From contig CM022670.1 in the NCBI GenBank assembly GCA_012295275.1, positions 39,432,001 through 39,496,000 on the forward strand: a DNA stretch of 64,000 nt. The letters are read 5' to 3'. Position numbers and translations under genes: made by a program. Shown piece after piece: positions 13,678-35,737 of the stretch (positions are counted from its first letter, which is position 1; the number at the start of each line of letters is the position of its first letter). Below the pieces are notes generated by a model. It made no database searches and was not told the origin of the DNA. It worked only from the letters and a program-made list of their open reading frames with translations. Source of the stretch: Chrysomallon squamiferum. Taxonomy: Eukaryota; Animalia; Mollusca.

Positions 13678-14897
13678 TTTATATCCAAATGTTTTTACTT
13701 TTGGATTAAAAAAGTTGGTAGTGGAGACTTATTAAATAAATAGCAATGTAGATCACTTTTGATTTCATTGTATATAAGTAAATACTGTACATGTCTGTGA
13801 ATCTGTGTGCCAGTAATTTCTCAGTAGTATTAGATAAATAACTGTGCATTTAGAAGTGTTTGTTAATTTGTTGATGGAGTAAAATATTTTATTTTATAGA
13901 GATAAAGGGTGGTCTGGCATCTTGAAAGAAACAGAGTTGGAGATTACAAGAATATCAGCCAGAAATCTTGGTAGAGATGATAGGTGACTTCATTGTTAAT
14001 TTGTTTTTATATTTGAAATTTAGTAATATTAACTTTATGATTGTATTAAATTTATTACAAGAAGTAAACATTATTTACATTTAAATATGATGAATATGTT
14101 CAATTTTAAAACTTTTTCACTAAGTTTTTATTTCATAGACATTATTTCATACAGTCTGGTTTTAATTGAATATTTTTACACAAAGTTTATTATTTAATTT
14201 ATACTTTAAATTGTATGAGAAAAATTGAAATAATAATTAATTAATTTTATTACTGTACTGACATCTTTCTCAGTTCAAAATGTTACTGTTATCTGGCAAA
14301 ACTGGTAACCAAGTGGTTAATTTAGACCATTTTACATTTATTTCTTTTTTGTAATTCACAGAATTATTGCAGACCATGGAAAGGAATCTCGCATTCCATT
14401 TTTGGATGAGCAGGTTGTCAGTTTCCTTGCTTCTCTTCCCATGCATCTCAAAGTAAGAACAATTTTAATAATAACAGTAAAATACAACAGATGTTTTATT
14501 ATTTAGCATCCATAGATTTAATAAGGCACACTGGTTTGTGGCATAAGGTTGATTTTTAAAAACTGAAAAGAAAGTAGTAGTCAACACATCATTATATTCT
14601 TGGTGTGAAATAAGTTATGTACTGTAACACGTGTAAGAAAGGAAATTTCTTGTTATTATTGTGCGTTTTAACAGGCACAAATAATTTTGTTTGTCTGTTT
14701 AAAATTTCCAGGCAGATCTCAGTTTACCTCGAGGACTTGGAGAAAAGCTTGTGTTAAGAGTAGCAGCTCTTGAACTTGGTTTGTCTTCCACTGCTGTTCT
14801 GCCCAAACGAGCAATTCAGTTTGGGTCAAGGATTGCAAAGATGGAAAATCGCAAGGAGAAAGCTTCTGATGTCTGCACCAGACTTACTGATCAATAA
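8812..14897 (+). CDS. ASNSD1: Asparagine synthetase domain-containing protein 1
   Basis: 13 phase-consistent exons: 8812-8862, 9229-9429, 9737-9859, 10281-10400, 10696-11417, 11757-11858, 12329-12431, 12661-12695, 13106-13250, 13531-13598, 13900-13983, 14362-14452, 14712-14897. Motifs: Ntn start [114 protein letters not shown] at ~14992. Confidence 0.95.
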
Positions 14898-16995
14898 TTA
14901 ACTCCTTTTTTTTTTTTTTTTTTTTTTTTAAATTTGTATTTTTAAGAATACCTGGTAAATTTTTATGATTTTATTTGTGTGCAGTGCTGCAAATAAAATT
15001 TTATATTTTTATTATCTTTGTAATTTTTGAAAAATTTCCTTGAGATGCTATGTGTGATGTAGAAACAATTTGTTTTTATCCAGGCTGCTGGTATTATAAG
15101 CAATCATTCTTAATGATAATAATTAATAACAAAAGAATGACATACAGAAGTATTCAAGAGGTATTTAGAAATGTTTCAGATAAAAAGATTCATCTTAAAA
15201 TCCATATGTTTCTAGAATAAAATAATAATAAAAAAAAGATTACTGAAACTATCACTCAAGATTTGGTTTTAAAGGAATTTATATTTTATCAACTTTAATC
15301 TTTTGACTACTCACTTTTGTGATATCTGAAAATGTTTAATATGGAACGGAATATAATTACTATACCAGCCCATTTTGTTATAGACTAAAAAAGATCAACA
15401 TGGCATCATTAAAATATTATTAAAAAGATGTTAGAAGTAAGTTTATTAAATTTAAATAACATACAAAAATTGTTTAAGATGCTGTAACGCCAGCCACAAA
15501 ATCTTTCAATGAAGTTTTAGATGCTTTTCATTTACATTGAGACTAACTATTATTTCTTAATGAACAGAAATAAAGCAACACATTCGAGCATAAAATCAGT
15601 TTATGTTGTTACACAGAATAATAACATAATGAACATGAAACACATTTGTACAAAACATGAGTTCCACACCATTATCTTCAAACATTGCAGAGCAAGCATC
15701 ATCTTCCCATCTCAGTCATCACCGTATATTTAGACTGGTCTTCTAACAACAATATAAATATTCTTTTTACATGTCAAATCTTTTTTCTTTTTTCAAAATC
15801 TGTAACATAATACATAACCTACAGAAATGTTACAAAAACACAAAAAATAATATAAAGAAATAATAAGAAATAATAAAAAATAATAATAATCATAATTTTT
15901 TTTTTAATTTAAAATTATTATTATTCTACTTCATTATATGTATTTACTGTTAATTATTAGTAAATCAAAATGTTACATTTTAAAGATTTAGAATTAACAA
16001 AATACAGGTGATCAAATACTTATTAACATTTGTAACAATATCTGCAGGCGAATATTATTCATGATGCAAAAGTGTGAAATACAAAGATTTTTGAAAAAAA
16101 TAAACAAAAGTAAACAAAAGCTTATCTTGGGCACATAAAAGCAACAATACACTTGCGTAGACCATTTTTCAAAGTGTTTCACGTTAATAATTTACCGATT
16201 ATGTAAAATACAAACAAATATTTCTACTATCTCATGTATGTATGGGCATATTACAGACCAACAGTATTGCATATCATCAATGAATAAACAATAACAAGTT
16301 TATATATGTTGGGAACATCTGCTCACATAAGATCAAAATACCTATCAGTACATTCCTATACACTAATCGACAGAATGATTGTATCCATTTTAGAGATAAG
16401 TAAAATTGTTTAGAGATCAGTTTTTAATTACAATATTTAGAAAAAAAATAATAAATAAATATATATATATATACAGAGAATTCTTAATGGTTAACAGATA
16501 AAGAATGTGTTAAAAGATTAACTATTTTTAGCATGTTTTTTTTTGTTTGTTAAATCATGTTAATCAGGATACTGATATTAAAAGTAGCTTTAATAAAAGG
16601 AAAAAACTGCTGTTGATTGTATTTTTAATTAATGAAGATTATATATACACACACATATATATATATATATATGAAATAAGAGCTATATGAAATATAAGTT
16701 ATCCATCCCTGTGTTACTTTTTATATATTTTGTATTTAAACTAAATAATATCAGCCAATAGTGAAACATCAGGGATCTTCTCACTGACAATTCACAATAT
16801 CTTTTCACAAGCAACAGACATCTAAGAAAATCTAAATTTTTATCCACGTTAATCTTATTTTACGTTTGGACTCGTAATTTCAGTCTGTTACAACAAACCT
16901 CTGAGAACAACACTGTTCTAGAGTAAAAACTTTCCTATCATCACTGGGCAGTTATTTTGTAACAGACAAACACATTAGTATCAAAGTGCTGAAAA

Positions 16996-17033
<38 letters not shown>

Positions 17034-17462
17034 AACTATCAACTACATAACACTAAATAATATAACATTCACAGTCTGTTTTAGCTGCCGTGAAAAAGTA
17101 ACGTAGTAGTGTCTTTATAAATAAACCAGCTTTGTTATATACCAAAATAATAATAATAAAACAAAATTAATTAATAAAGAGAATAAAATACAAACCAGCT
17201 GTTAACACAATCAGCAAACTTAATGAAGCATTAGCAGGATACATGTAAATACAACACAACACACACACCTAATTATATGCATGAAATTCATCAGAAAATC
17301 TTTTGAAAACGTCATGTTGATATTAAAAGGATTACTGAAGAGAACGTTATTTTTGATGGAGAATAGTCCCAGCTTTTTATATTGTATAACTATAGCAGAT
17401 GCCAAACTATTCTTTTTCTGTTTATTGCATTATTAATGCTAGATTAGTCTGATCCTAATGAT

Positions 17463-17493
<31 letters not shown>

Positions 17494-20400
17494 TCCTGAA
17501 TCCTTACACAGTTCACAAAAATGTTGTATGAAACACAAATTGGTTAGTAAAACAATGGTACATTCTCTGGAATGATACACAAGCATTCATGAGATACAGT
17601 TTAAAATTAGTCATATTTGGTCACTTTTGCTGACTGACAAGGGAAAGGCTTGACTAGCAACAACAATTAGAATCTTTTCCAATTTCTTTTAAACCCTATT
17701 AAAAAAACACAGAAGAAATGGACAAATTTAAACCCATCTGTTTTTAATGAAATCTGTACACCTCAGATATAACCAAGCAATTGAAAATATACTTTTTCTG
17801 TACACAACAAACCTTCTTTTAACAACAAAAAAAAAAACAAACAAAAAAAATTGAACTGAAAATAATGCCCTATTGTTCTCCTGGTCAGTACACTGAAGCA
17901 GATACAAGTCTTCCCGTTACAAGTTTATTAAGGCTTGTGAGAAATAATAAAGGTGTGGAAAAATAAAGTGAAGCAGCTGTTTTAAGATCAGCTGTAGAAT
18001 TACTGAAGTTCATCTCTGCTGTTGTACTAAGACAGTGCTGTTATCTTTTACTAATACAGCAATGATTCCATAACTATTTTATTTTTAAACTGGGGAATAG
18101 CATATCTCATTCATTGAAAGGAAAAGGCCTTATCTCCAAGAATGGAGGTATTCTGACATCACATAAATTCTCAACACAGACTCTTCAAATACAGGTAACT
18201 GAAATGAAATATAACTGAAAAATTATGAAACTGTCTTTCATTATCAAAATTCCATTTTTTTATTTTATTTATAAGATTACATATATATATTTGAATATTT
18301 GTGAATAATCTAAGATTGGGAAATGAAACGGACAAAAACATTTTAAATTAACACAAAAAATGAAACGTTTTTATTTTGATTACTTATTACATACCACTGT
18401 TCCCAAACAAATTTATATATTTTTGTATTTTTAACTTTATAAAGAAATGAATGTAAACATCCACAGATGACAAAGACTACAGTGAAATATAATTATATTT
18501 CTGTGACTAGATGTTTCAGAAATGTTTTAGGATTTTTCTAAAACAATAAAAAGAGATCCAGCTGTTTACTTATTATATAAAAAAGAAGTAATAGCACTTT
18601 TTGACATTTTTGTTTTGTTTTGAAATAGACTGTATGATAATAATATCAATAATAATTGAAAAAAAAAAAAAAATAATAATAATTAAAGACAGGGTTTTGC
18701 TCAATGACAAAACCAAGGTATCGGAGGACTTACGAATTATATACCAATGTTTTTCTTTCAAACTTTCTCACTTTTTCCTTTTTTTCTTAATCTTTTATTT
18801 TGTTTCAAAATTATTATTTTTTTAATCAGATTTCAATTTGATACAAAATGATATTTAATTTACGCAATACAAAGTATAAATAGACACATATATAAATGAA
18901 CAGACAACAAAATATAATACATCCTTTCTGATTACTTTTTGCTTTAACAAATAAACTGGATACACATTTTTAGCTAATAAAATAAGCAATATCTTGGTAT
19001 GTGTAATAGTACTGTTACTTGTATTTTTCAGTACATCAAATATAGATGCCTAAATGTCAGAAAAATCCCAAGTATAATCATTCTTCTTAATAATAAATAA
19101 TTCTTCCAACATCCACTGTTTTTTTTCATTCAGTATTTTCTCTCTGTAAAAATAATCGTTATCGTCATATAAAATGGTTATGCACAGAATTATTCTTGTA
19201 TCTTTTTAGACGTGTGACCAATGAATAAATTAATAAAATAAACTCAGTGATATAATGACATGCATCCATCCATCCATCACAAGATGGTGGATTCTTTGGT
19301 GATATGAATTTGTTTCCATGAAATGGTCATGGTTATTTAATACAGACTCTTTGCAAATTGTTCAGATCAAATTTTAATAGATATTTTTTTAATCTTTTAT
19401 AAAGCTATTTATTTTTGTTTGAATTTAAGGCAATACTTTCAGGAAAATGTAATGCTTATTTAATGGAAAAAATTAATAACCTAAACAAACTTCGTAGTTG
19501 GTAAAGGGGACATTTCTCTGTCTAAACATGATTTTTAAATTTCTTCAACAGATAGCAATATTTCAGCTGTAAAGGGTTATGAATCTAGTTCTCTAAGACA
19601 TTCTTATTAAATGAAAAGAAATAGTTCAATAATAAATATAGTAATAAATGTAGTGATCTGACAGAATACAGAATATTTCTAAATAATGGTCTTATGGATT
19701 AATGAGCAAAACAAATTAATTGTGCACAGCCTTTAACATATGTAAACAAATTAAATAATTGAATAAACAACTAATGTACTGCTGAAAATTTTGAAAAACT
19801 AAATAAATAAATAAATAACAAAAAATAAACATAATAAATTAAACATACAAAACTGAAACAATTTCTGAGATGGTCATAAAAATACAATAAAATTAAACTG
19901 TATAAATTTTCTGTAAAACACATTTACATATTGGACCATATTGTTTTTCTTTCTTTTCCGAAGGAAACAAGTCAAATAAAAATAAAAAATTAAAATAAAC
20001 TGGTAACTGAATCCCATTTTTTTTTCCACATGGACCCAACTTGTCAGTTACAATTATATATTTATAATGTCTTACATTAAACACAGACAAAAGAGATCAA
20101 AACAACACAGACGCATCCTCGCAAAACAAGTCAACTTCTTTACTTTGAAATCTGAATTATAATGACTTAGCTCTTTTTTTTTTTTTTAACAGAACAAGCT
20201 GTGTTCCTCAACTGACATCACTCTCAACACATCAGGTCAAAAGTTACAGTCCTTCCATGCCTGAGTCACCATTTTTTCTCTCTCATTTATACAGTAACTG
20301 ATCACAGGCAACAAATAAAAAATATACAAAACATTCGCTATTTTGAGGGTTACATGTTGCATTATAAGAATGACTCTTTATATTAAGACTGGATCTCTGT

Positions 20401-22338
20401 ACATCTTTGCGTTTTCCAATAAATAGAATTCTTGTCCTTTTCATTATTTAGCTAAAACGATTCCACAATCTGTTATATACAAATAAAATGACAGCACTAA
20501 ATATTACATCTCTTAATAATAATAATAATAGTAATAGTAATAATGGAGAAGATCAGTCATATATTTTATGATGTATATATATATATATATATATAGATGA
20601 AATACAGGTTACAAATAACTTAATGATAAAGCTTTGTAAGTACCAGTTTGACACTGAAAGTTAATAAATGAAAGTAATAATTATAATAAAATTCTAAAAA
20701 TTATATAAATAAAATAATAATAAAATAAAAAAAAAAAAAAATAAAGAATAAAGTACAAGCAATTTTGTTTTTCAAGGATAACAATACCGATTTTTCTCAA
20801 ATATCACAAATAACTGATATTAAAAAAAAATTTTTTTTTAAAAAAGTATTACTATTTCTGTATGTTTTTAGCTGTTATGCAGCAGTTAAACTGTAACAGT
20901 TCAATTCTTTTTTAAAATCAAAGATCTACAACAGAATTTTTTTTAAAACAGCACTTAGCATTATCCTGTGTGACGTTATTGAAAAAATAAAATAATAATA
21001 ATAATAATTTTAAAAAAAGGTTAATGAAATCAACCCCTCGATAATTAATGAAACTATATTAATTTCTGCTCCTGATACCATGCACCTTATTAAATCTCCT
21101 ACATCAGTTTGTAAGAAATAAACAAGAACATCATTTAAATTACCCAACACAAATGCTTTGAAATTTAAAACTTAAATGAGTCATGTAGGTTAATTATATT
21201 AAATAATTATTCTTCATTATTTAGCACTTGGCTTTTAACATTAATTCGTAGACAAAAATAAATCATTTTAAATACAGATATAACATTATATACCATCCTG
21301 TGATGGAAATATTAGAAAGATTCGATATTTTGATTTATTTACATGAAATACAAATCATGACTGGAGTTAAAAAAAAAAAAAAATTACAATCTGATTCATG
21401 TTTTAGCTGCTTCCCATCAGACAGGCCATGAAAGGACTCTAAAAATATAATTATGTAACCATGTCATCACTTGTAAAGTTTTAAAAGGTTAATAATAAAA
21501 AAACTGTAATAGATAGTTATATACACACATGTATATATTTATATATATATATATTTTTTATTTTTTTCCCTTGATACTAGAAAAATAATTACTAATAACA
21601 TCTGTCTAAATTAATATTTATACAATGTCTGCCAAATGTGACACTTTTATTTTTTTCATCTTCGTCAGAAATATAACATTGCTGCATCACAATGGCAGGG
21701 ATAGAAAAAAAAAAAAAAAAAAAAAACACCCCCAGAAAATCCTAAAATATCACACTGGCTATCTTTTGACAAATAACCTTTCATGAAAAAAAAAAAAAAA
21801 AAACAATATCAGTTTTTAAATACAGATCTATCCCATTGGGATATGGTCACCTCTCCACAAACTGATTCACTGATTATCAAATTATTCCATCTATCTAATA
21901 GGATATGACAGCACTTGTATCACAGTTTCGTCATTTTTAAATCATTGAATGTTTTTTGAATGTGTGCATGTGTGTGTGTGCATATGCATGTGATATATAT
22001 ATATATATATATGTTATAAACACAGACACTGTGTACATGTGCTTGCATATACACATATGTAGTGTGATTTTCTGTTTGTATATGAATGTAGTGTACATGT
22101 GCATGCAGTACATTTTTTATGTAGGTGTACTTGTGTAAAATGTGTCTATGACAAATGAATGTACAGAAACAAGGGGATAAAATCAAGTGGCAGTATTCTC
22201 TCTTATCTCTGTGTGCTGATTGAAAAACAGCAAAACATTCTGCAATCGCCAACATCCAGAAATCCCCACACAGAACATTCAGCTACTTCACACTGCACCT
22301 TTCTGCGCTCAAATCAGTCAGGATCCATCGTCCCAGCA

Positions 22339-29280
<6,942 letters not shown>

Positions 29281-29400
29281 AATTGAGGCTGTTTTAATTG
29301 TCTTTTTCTTTGAAAACGCATCACAAATCAACAATTTTGGAAACTGTTAATTTCTAAAGGAAATGCGTCCATTTTACCACATATCAAAACGAGGCTACAA

Positions 29401-29520
29401 TTTCTGATTGGTTTCCGGATTATGCCGGTTATAGCCAATGACGTAGATTATAAACTAGACCGCGCATAGACACCATAACTCTGTCAAACTAGGTCTGAAC
29501 TTCCGGCGATGGTAAAAACA
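29401..29520. promoter_or_regulatory. STK11 proximal promoter (TATA-less housekeeping type)
   Basis: Within ~120 bp, 120-240 bp upstream of the STK11 ATG: inverted CCAAT (ATTGG), ETS-type TTCCGG twice, AGCCAATG, a CRE-like TGACGT and CpG enrichment. Confidence 0.65.
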
Positions 29521-30142
29521 AACGTACGTCTGTGCGCTAAAATTATCCGATTATAAATGTTCACAATTAATTAAATAACAAACAAAAGAAAATTATTTCT
29601 ACACCACTGGAAAGAGCATGGAATAAATTATAAAATGATGCTATACTTATGACGGTAATTAGACAAATAACTTAGTAATGTTAATTTTTATTTTCCTACA
29701 ATTCCAATAGTGTAAATTTTAATTTAATTAAATTCTCGTATCTCCCATAACATTTTAACTACTACCTCATTCGCAGTTTAATTCTTTCTTAGTTTCTATA
29801 CGATCGTGTCAGAGGCTGTAGTCACCGTCAAAATCATGAAAATGCAAGATTCGATCGATCAACATTAGTATTAGTAACTGCAGCTTGCAAAAGTCTAATA
29901 CAGTGTATTATACACATATAAATTATCTTCAGAAAGTTACAAATTATATTTAAAAACTCAGATCAACAATATATGTCTCTTCTGTTCATTATAGACTGAG
30001 TATGATTTCATTTTAATTTGTAATAGTAAATACAAGTCACCTAGGTATTTTGAAATCTCTTAACATGTCACATTTTTCTTTTCCCCCATTTTCAGAGCTT
30101 GGATTAATATAGGGATATCTTTTGTGTTATTTAATTTTCTTT

Positions 30143-30176
<34 letters not shown>

Positions 30177-30274
30177 TTTTTTTTTATTAATTTTTAATTG
30201 TTGATTTTTTTTTTTTATTCCTTATCGATTTATCTTTTCATTTACATCTTATTTATTTTATTTTATTTGTTGAT

Positions 30275-30370
<96 letters not shown>

Positions 30371-30937
30371 GGAACATGTACTCAATTTTAAAATTTTAGA
30401 AAGATAAAATTTACTGAATGTTAAAAGTTCTTATATTTTGTTTTTGTTTTGTGGTATTTAGTACCAAAATAAAAATAAAATAAAATAAAAAAATAAATAA
30501 TAAAAAAATAGAACTAACAAATAAATAACGTTCCGTTATGATTGATATGATTAGAAGTTAATTTGTAAATTAATTTAATGGCATTACAATGAAAAGAAAC
30601 TGATAATTTCATGTGAATCTTTTTCTATATTTTTCCGCTGAAAAATAAACACAAAATAAACTTACATTGTAATTAAATCGTTTTATTTAAACCTAACTGG
30701 ATATGGCAGTAACAACAAGGGGCATAACTCTTACGTTCGACACTTATAGTGCGTATTTATATGGAATAACAAGTTGCTGTGTCAATATATCAGCTACCTA
30801 GGTTAGAATACCAATTTATGAACTAATGTATCGAATTAAATATAGTTCCGTCACAAAAAGCAATATTTTTGGTCAGTGCCTGAAAATACAGAAATTTATC
30901 TAGTTGTCATAGCTTGCCAGTAAGTATGGTGATTACA

Positions 30938-30988
<51 letters not shown>

Positions 30989-31972
30989 AATATATGCACA
31001 AACACACTCTCTAGTATATAATATATTTCAGCGCTTCATGTTATGATTGGTCGTCCCTAACAAATATATAAATAATGACTATAACATGATTTCTGTATCA
31101 CAGTACATGCTCCATACACACGTATTCTGAACAATTTATACTCGGTGTTATGTGAAAAAATGAATGCAGGATTTGTTCGGAAAACGTACCTTGTAAATAG
31201 CAGCCCAAAGAGACGTCATTGTATGAGGACAATACGATCTTTATTCTCTATAATACAATAGAACTCATTCTTTGATAAGGAGGCGACAAAATTAATGTTT
31301 ATGGATATAATAATAATAATAATGTATTATATGGTAATATAATAATAAAGACACGAACCTTCAGAGTGGCCCTCTTTCCTTATTTTCTGACACTTTTGTG
31401 TTACAAAGAAAGTGGTACAATTTACCCTGGATTAAGACACATATACATGTTTAATTGGGATGGATATAAATTACTCTTAGGAACGGTAATAATAATAATA
31501 ATAATAATATATATATATAATGACTTATGTGTGTTTACATGTATGCGTGGATTTTTTTGTTGATGCCGACATTCGTATTTATTTACATATTTCTTTGTGT
31601 ATGTTTGTGCTTCTTGATTAATAATATTTTCATAGAGGTTAATCACATAAAGATTCTGCCAAACAAACGTAAAATAAAATAACTAAATAAAAAGTAAAAA
31701 AAAAAAAAAAAATACGATATTAAAACATTTACTATCTATTTCATGTTACAATAAAACACACAAATAACTGAGTCTGCTTCAAAACATCTGATCCTCCTTA
31801 TTCTATGCGGGTTTTTTTTTTTTTTTTTTGAGCAGTGTTCCTACATCTTCTCGTTCTCGTTCTTGTGGCCATGATCCGTTATTAAATTACTACTGACTGG
31901 TATCTTGTCAAGTCTGTTCATAATAATTATTTTAGTAAGAAAAGAAAAAAAAAAAGAAATAAAAATGTTTCG

Positions 31973-32187
31973 CTAAAACTTCCAGTTGCAGAGGTCTGAT
32001 TCACAGCATGTGACGCTTGTTACTCCTGTCTGTTGAATCAGATCACACAGCTGTGGTTCCATGCAGCCAGTGAAACTGAATCTGTTGTCGTTATCCCACA
32101 CCGAGCCACAGACTTGCTGCAAAATAGAAATGTCAAAATAATTAATTATATATATATATATATATATCAGTTTGATTGTACAGAATG

Positions 32188-32225
<38 letters not shown>

Positions 32226-33017
32226 TCGGTATAATCTTCAAGACGAGGTTCGTGAATTCAAATAAAAGTATTTAACGATATTTTTATTATGATTTAATTT
32301 TGATTTTTGACGCTGGAAAGAATATAAAATAACAAAAGTCGTTTTTGGCTTGTTAGATATGTTACTAAACAGCTTAGCGGCTAACGTTTGCTTGGGATTT
32401 TTTTTATATTTGTTTTAGAAAAAACCTTCTTATTTGAATTAAAATAACTACGTCTTAAAGACTCCCAAGCAGCTATTTGGAATGTGTTAATCTGATAGTA
32501 ATATTCCCACACCGAATTCTGTCCAAAATTAACTAATGAGATAAAACGCCAGTCTGTGTCTTCTTGTCGCCAACCCACTAATATGCTAATACCTTTCCAG
32601 GTAGAAATTAGCATTTCTTCGAAATAGTTGTGTAACAGAATAAGTTGATAATCCTTTATCTTCAGTTATCCGAATGTCTTAATTTATATAGATATTTCCA
32701 GCCCCATATATTTACATACAGTTATAAAAAAAATAGCCTGAAGAGAGGTTTATTCAATATTTCTAATTTTGTTTTTATAAAATAAAGATTTCGTACATTG
32801 ATTTTAGCTATAGGATTTTAGCTGTTTTCTGATTTCATAGCTTAGGATAAATGATGCTAAACCTTTATTAAATTACCTTTTCATAAAACCGAACACCGCC
32901 AATTTAATACTAAATTTATTAAATGAAATGGAACGGATAAATATTCTTTGAAGACTTTTTGTTTTGTTTTGTTTCATTTCATTTTTATATTATAAATCTT
33001 ACTTTGGAAAGCGAGCG

Positions 33018-33067
<50 letters not shown>

Positions 33068-34349
33068 GAAACAGAAAATGCGTTTTATATATGAACAATA
33101 CTTACTCCGGGGGCACATTCTTTTTCTTCATATTCGCAGTAAAACTCATTCCCGCGACATGTATTACACATCAGCGTGTCTGTAACAAACGACAAGAACA
33201 ACAATAATAATAATAATAATAAAATATATATATATATATATATCAGGCATGGGCAACCTTTTTCGAGAAGCGGGCCACATGAGAATGGCTCACGCTCAGG
33301 CGGGCCGCAGGTACTAATTTAGGCAGTTTTGTGTTTTTACGTAGAGCTTATTTTAATAAATTTTTCATTTTCATTTACTTCAGGAACTGTTATAACAAAA
33401 AAAAAAAATTACGTTTGTTTTAGTATATTAGTAGATACAAAATAGATTCATTTCATAAAATTTGAATTAAGGTTATTTTCTTCGTGAAATTAGGCGGGCC
33501 ATTCAGAAAGACACATGGGCCGCTGTTTGCCCATGACTGGTATATATATATATATATATGTATATTTATATATATAATTAAGAAAATAAATCTATTTAGC
33601 ATGGTTTTAAGCCGATCACTTTCATGGCAACATCAATTTATTGAAGAAAAAAACCAAATCAATATTAACAGTAAGAATTATGACAGAATTGATTCTGGTA
33701 AGACGATATCTATCAAAAGAAAGACAAAGAAAAGAGAGAAAAGTTTCTGGTGGTAAATATCGAAAGAACACCAACAATCATGGCAAGTTGATCCGTCGAA
33801 TATTTAATCGAAATATTACCGCTGCTTGTCTTTACTACTATTATAAGAAGCAGCTTTTCTGTTTGTATAAAGCATTTGGCGAGGTGTTGGTAGAGAATTT
33901 AATATGTTGAAAATGAATGCTAGATACGTTGTAGAGATAAGAATATTTAGAAAAAAAAAAAAAAAAAAATTAGAACTATAGGAGAGAATACAGTATTTTT
34001 TTAGTGTGCATCTATCAGTGAATTATTCAAGCAGAACTCAAGTAGGCGTTGAAATCTATTATAACCCCCCCCCCAGGAGAGAGTAAAGAAAGACCCTCCC
34101 ATACAGCATTATGATTACCGCAGGCTTGAATCAGACTCGTGAAGTAGAAGAATTATTTTTATTTTAATAGAACGCTGGCTGCGGTCCAGATTTCAAGAAG
34201 GTTCTTTATCAGAAACAGTGAATGAGTTGAAAAGCTTATTGAGAAACTGAAAAGAGGTACACAGCAAGGTGTGTTTTTTTTTCACTACGTCACTAATAAC
34301 AAACATACCAGACTCTCTCAAAACGTGCTGAGGCAATTCACTTGATTCT

Positions 34350-34433
<84 letters not shown>

Positions 34434-34461
34434 TGTGTGTTTGTTTATGTGTGTGTGTTTA

Positions 34462-34492
<31 letters not shown>

Positions 34493-35326
34493 TTATGTGT
34501 GTGTGTGTTTATGTGTGTGTGTGTTTGTGTGTGTTTATGTGTGTGTGTGTTTGTGTGTGTGTAAATGACCGTATGATACCAGTCATATTTTGATACAGAA
34601 ATTTATTATCCGATTTTAAATATAAGTGTAGCTATTTTCTTTTTCTTCTTTATATATGTGTGTGGCGCTTTTTCAGTGTATTGCGAAATCATCTTTGTGG
34701 CATATTAATAAAACTATCTTTATAATACAAGTGAAACTGTTTAATGGAAAAGAATATAATTTTGTTACCTACTAAAAATGAATTAGTAATAAAATAATCA
34801 TCTTAAAACGTTTATAGTTGACAAAAAAAAAAAAAAAAAAAAAAAATCATCTTATAATGATTACTATTTACGAGAAATCTTAGGAAAAATTAACGAGTAT
34901 TATTTAAACAGCTATAAATCACAAATGATTATTTAATTTTATAAAATCAAAACTTTTACGAATATTCAGAAACTGCAATAACATATTTTTCTGAACGTTT
35001 TTATCCTTAACGCGGGGGTTTGGATTACGTAGGCCTCACAGATACTCGTAAAAACAAATGTTACGTTTATGAATACAGATTTTATTTTGTTAACTTACCT
35101 AATGATTTTTTCTGCCTGGCTTGGTCATCGCCGGTTAATTTAGCCGCCACAATACCGTGTTTGTGTATCGTGTTGATGTTCCTCAGTACTCTTGAGTAAT
35201 CCTCATTCTTCGTGTGAATCAATGATTTAAAAAAATGAATGTGACAAATTAGCATCCAATAAGTGCATAATATTAAAATATAATTTTTATTCACAATATG
35301 ACAAAAAAGAACAGAATTTTATATAC

Positions 35327-35359
<33 letters not shown>

Positions 35360-35689
35360 ACGTAAGTTTATTTATTTACGTAATACTTCGTTCGAAAGTT
35401 TTTATTATCGAGTACGAAACTAAATAGGTAAATAATAAAAAAAAAAATTTAAATAAATAAAAGTACAGTTATTTTCTAATGCTGTTTCAAACATTCGATA
35501 GAATTACATTGCTAAAAATAGAAGAAAAAAAAAAAAAAAGAAATCGGAAAAAAGTTTAAAAGTGAAAAATAATTTTTATATCAATACGTTGCCTAAACGT
35601 ATCTTTTACACTTAAACCTATATTTCGATACTGTAATATTCATAATAATAGAAATTATTTATAAATAATACTAATACTAATACTAATAC

Positions 35690-35737
<48 letters not shown>

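Noticed and set aside
29757-29769. 13-nt match to the 5' end of let-7 (minus strand TGAGGTAGTAGTT)
   Set aside because: The match does not extend over the mature miRNA and there is no precursor hairpin; probably chance.
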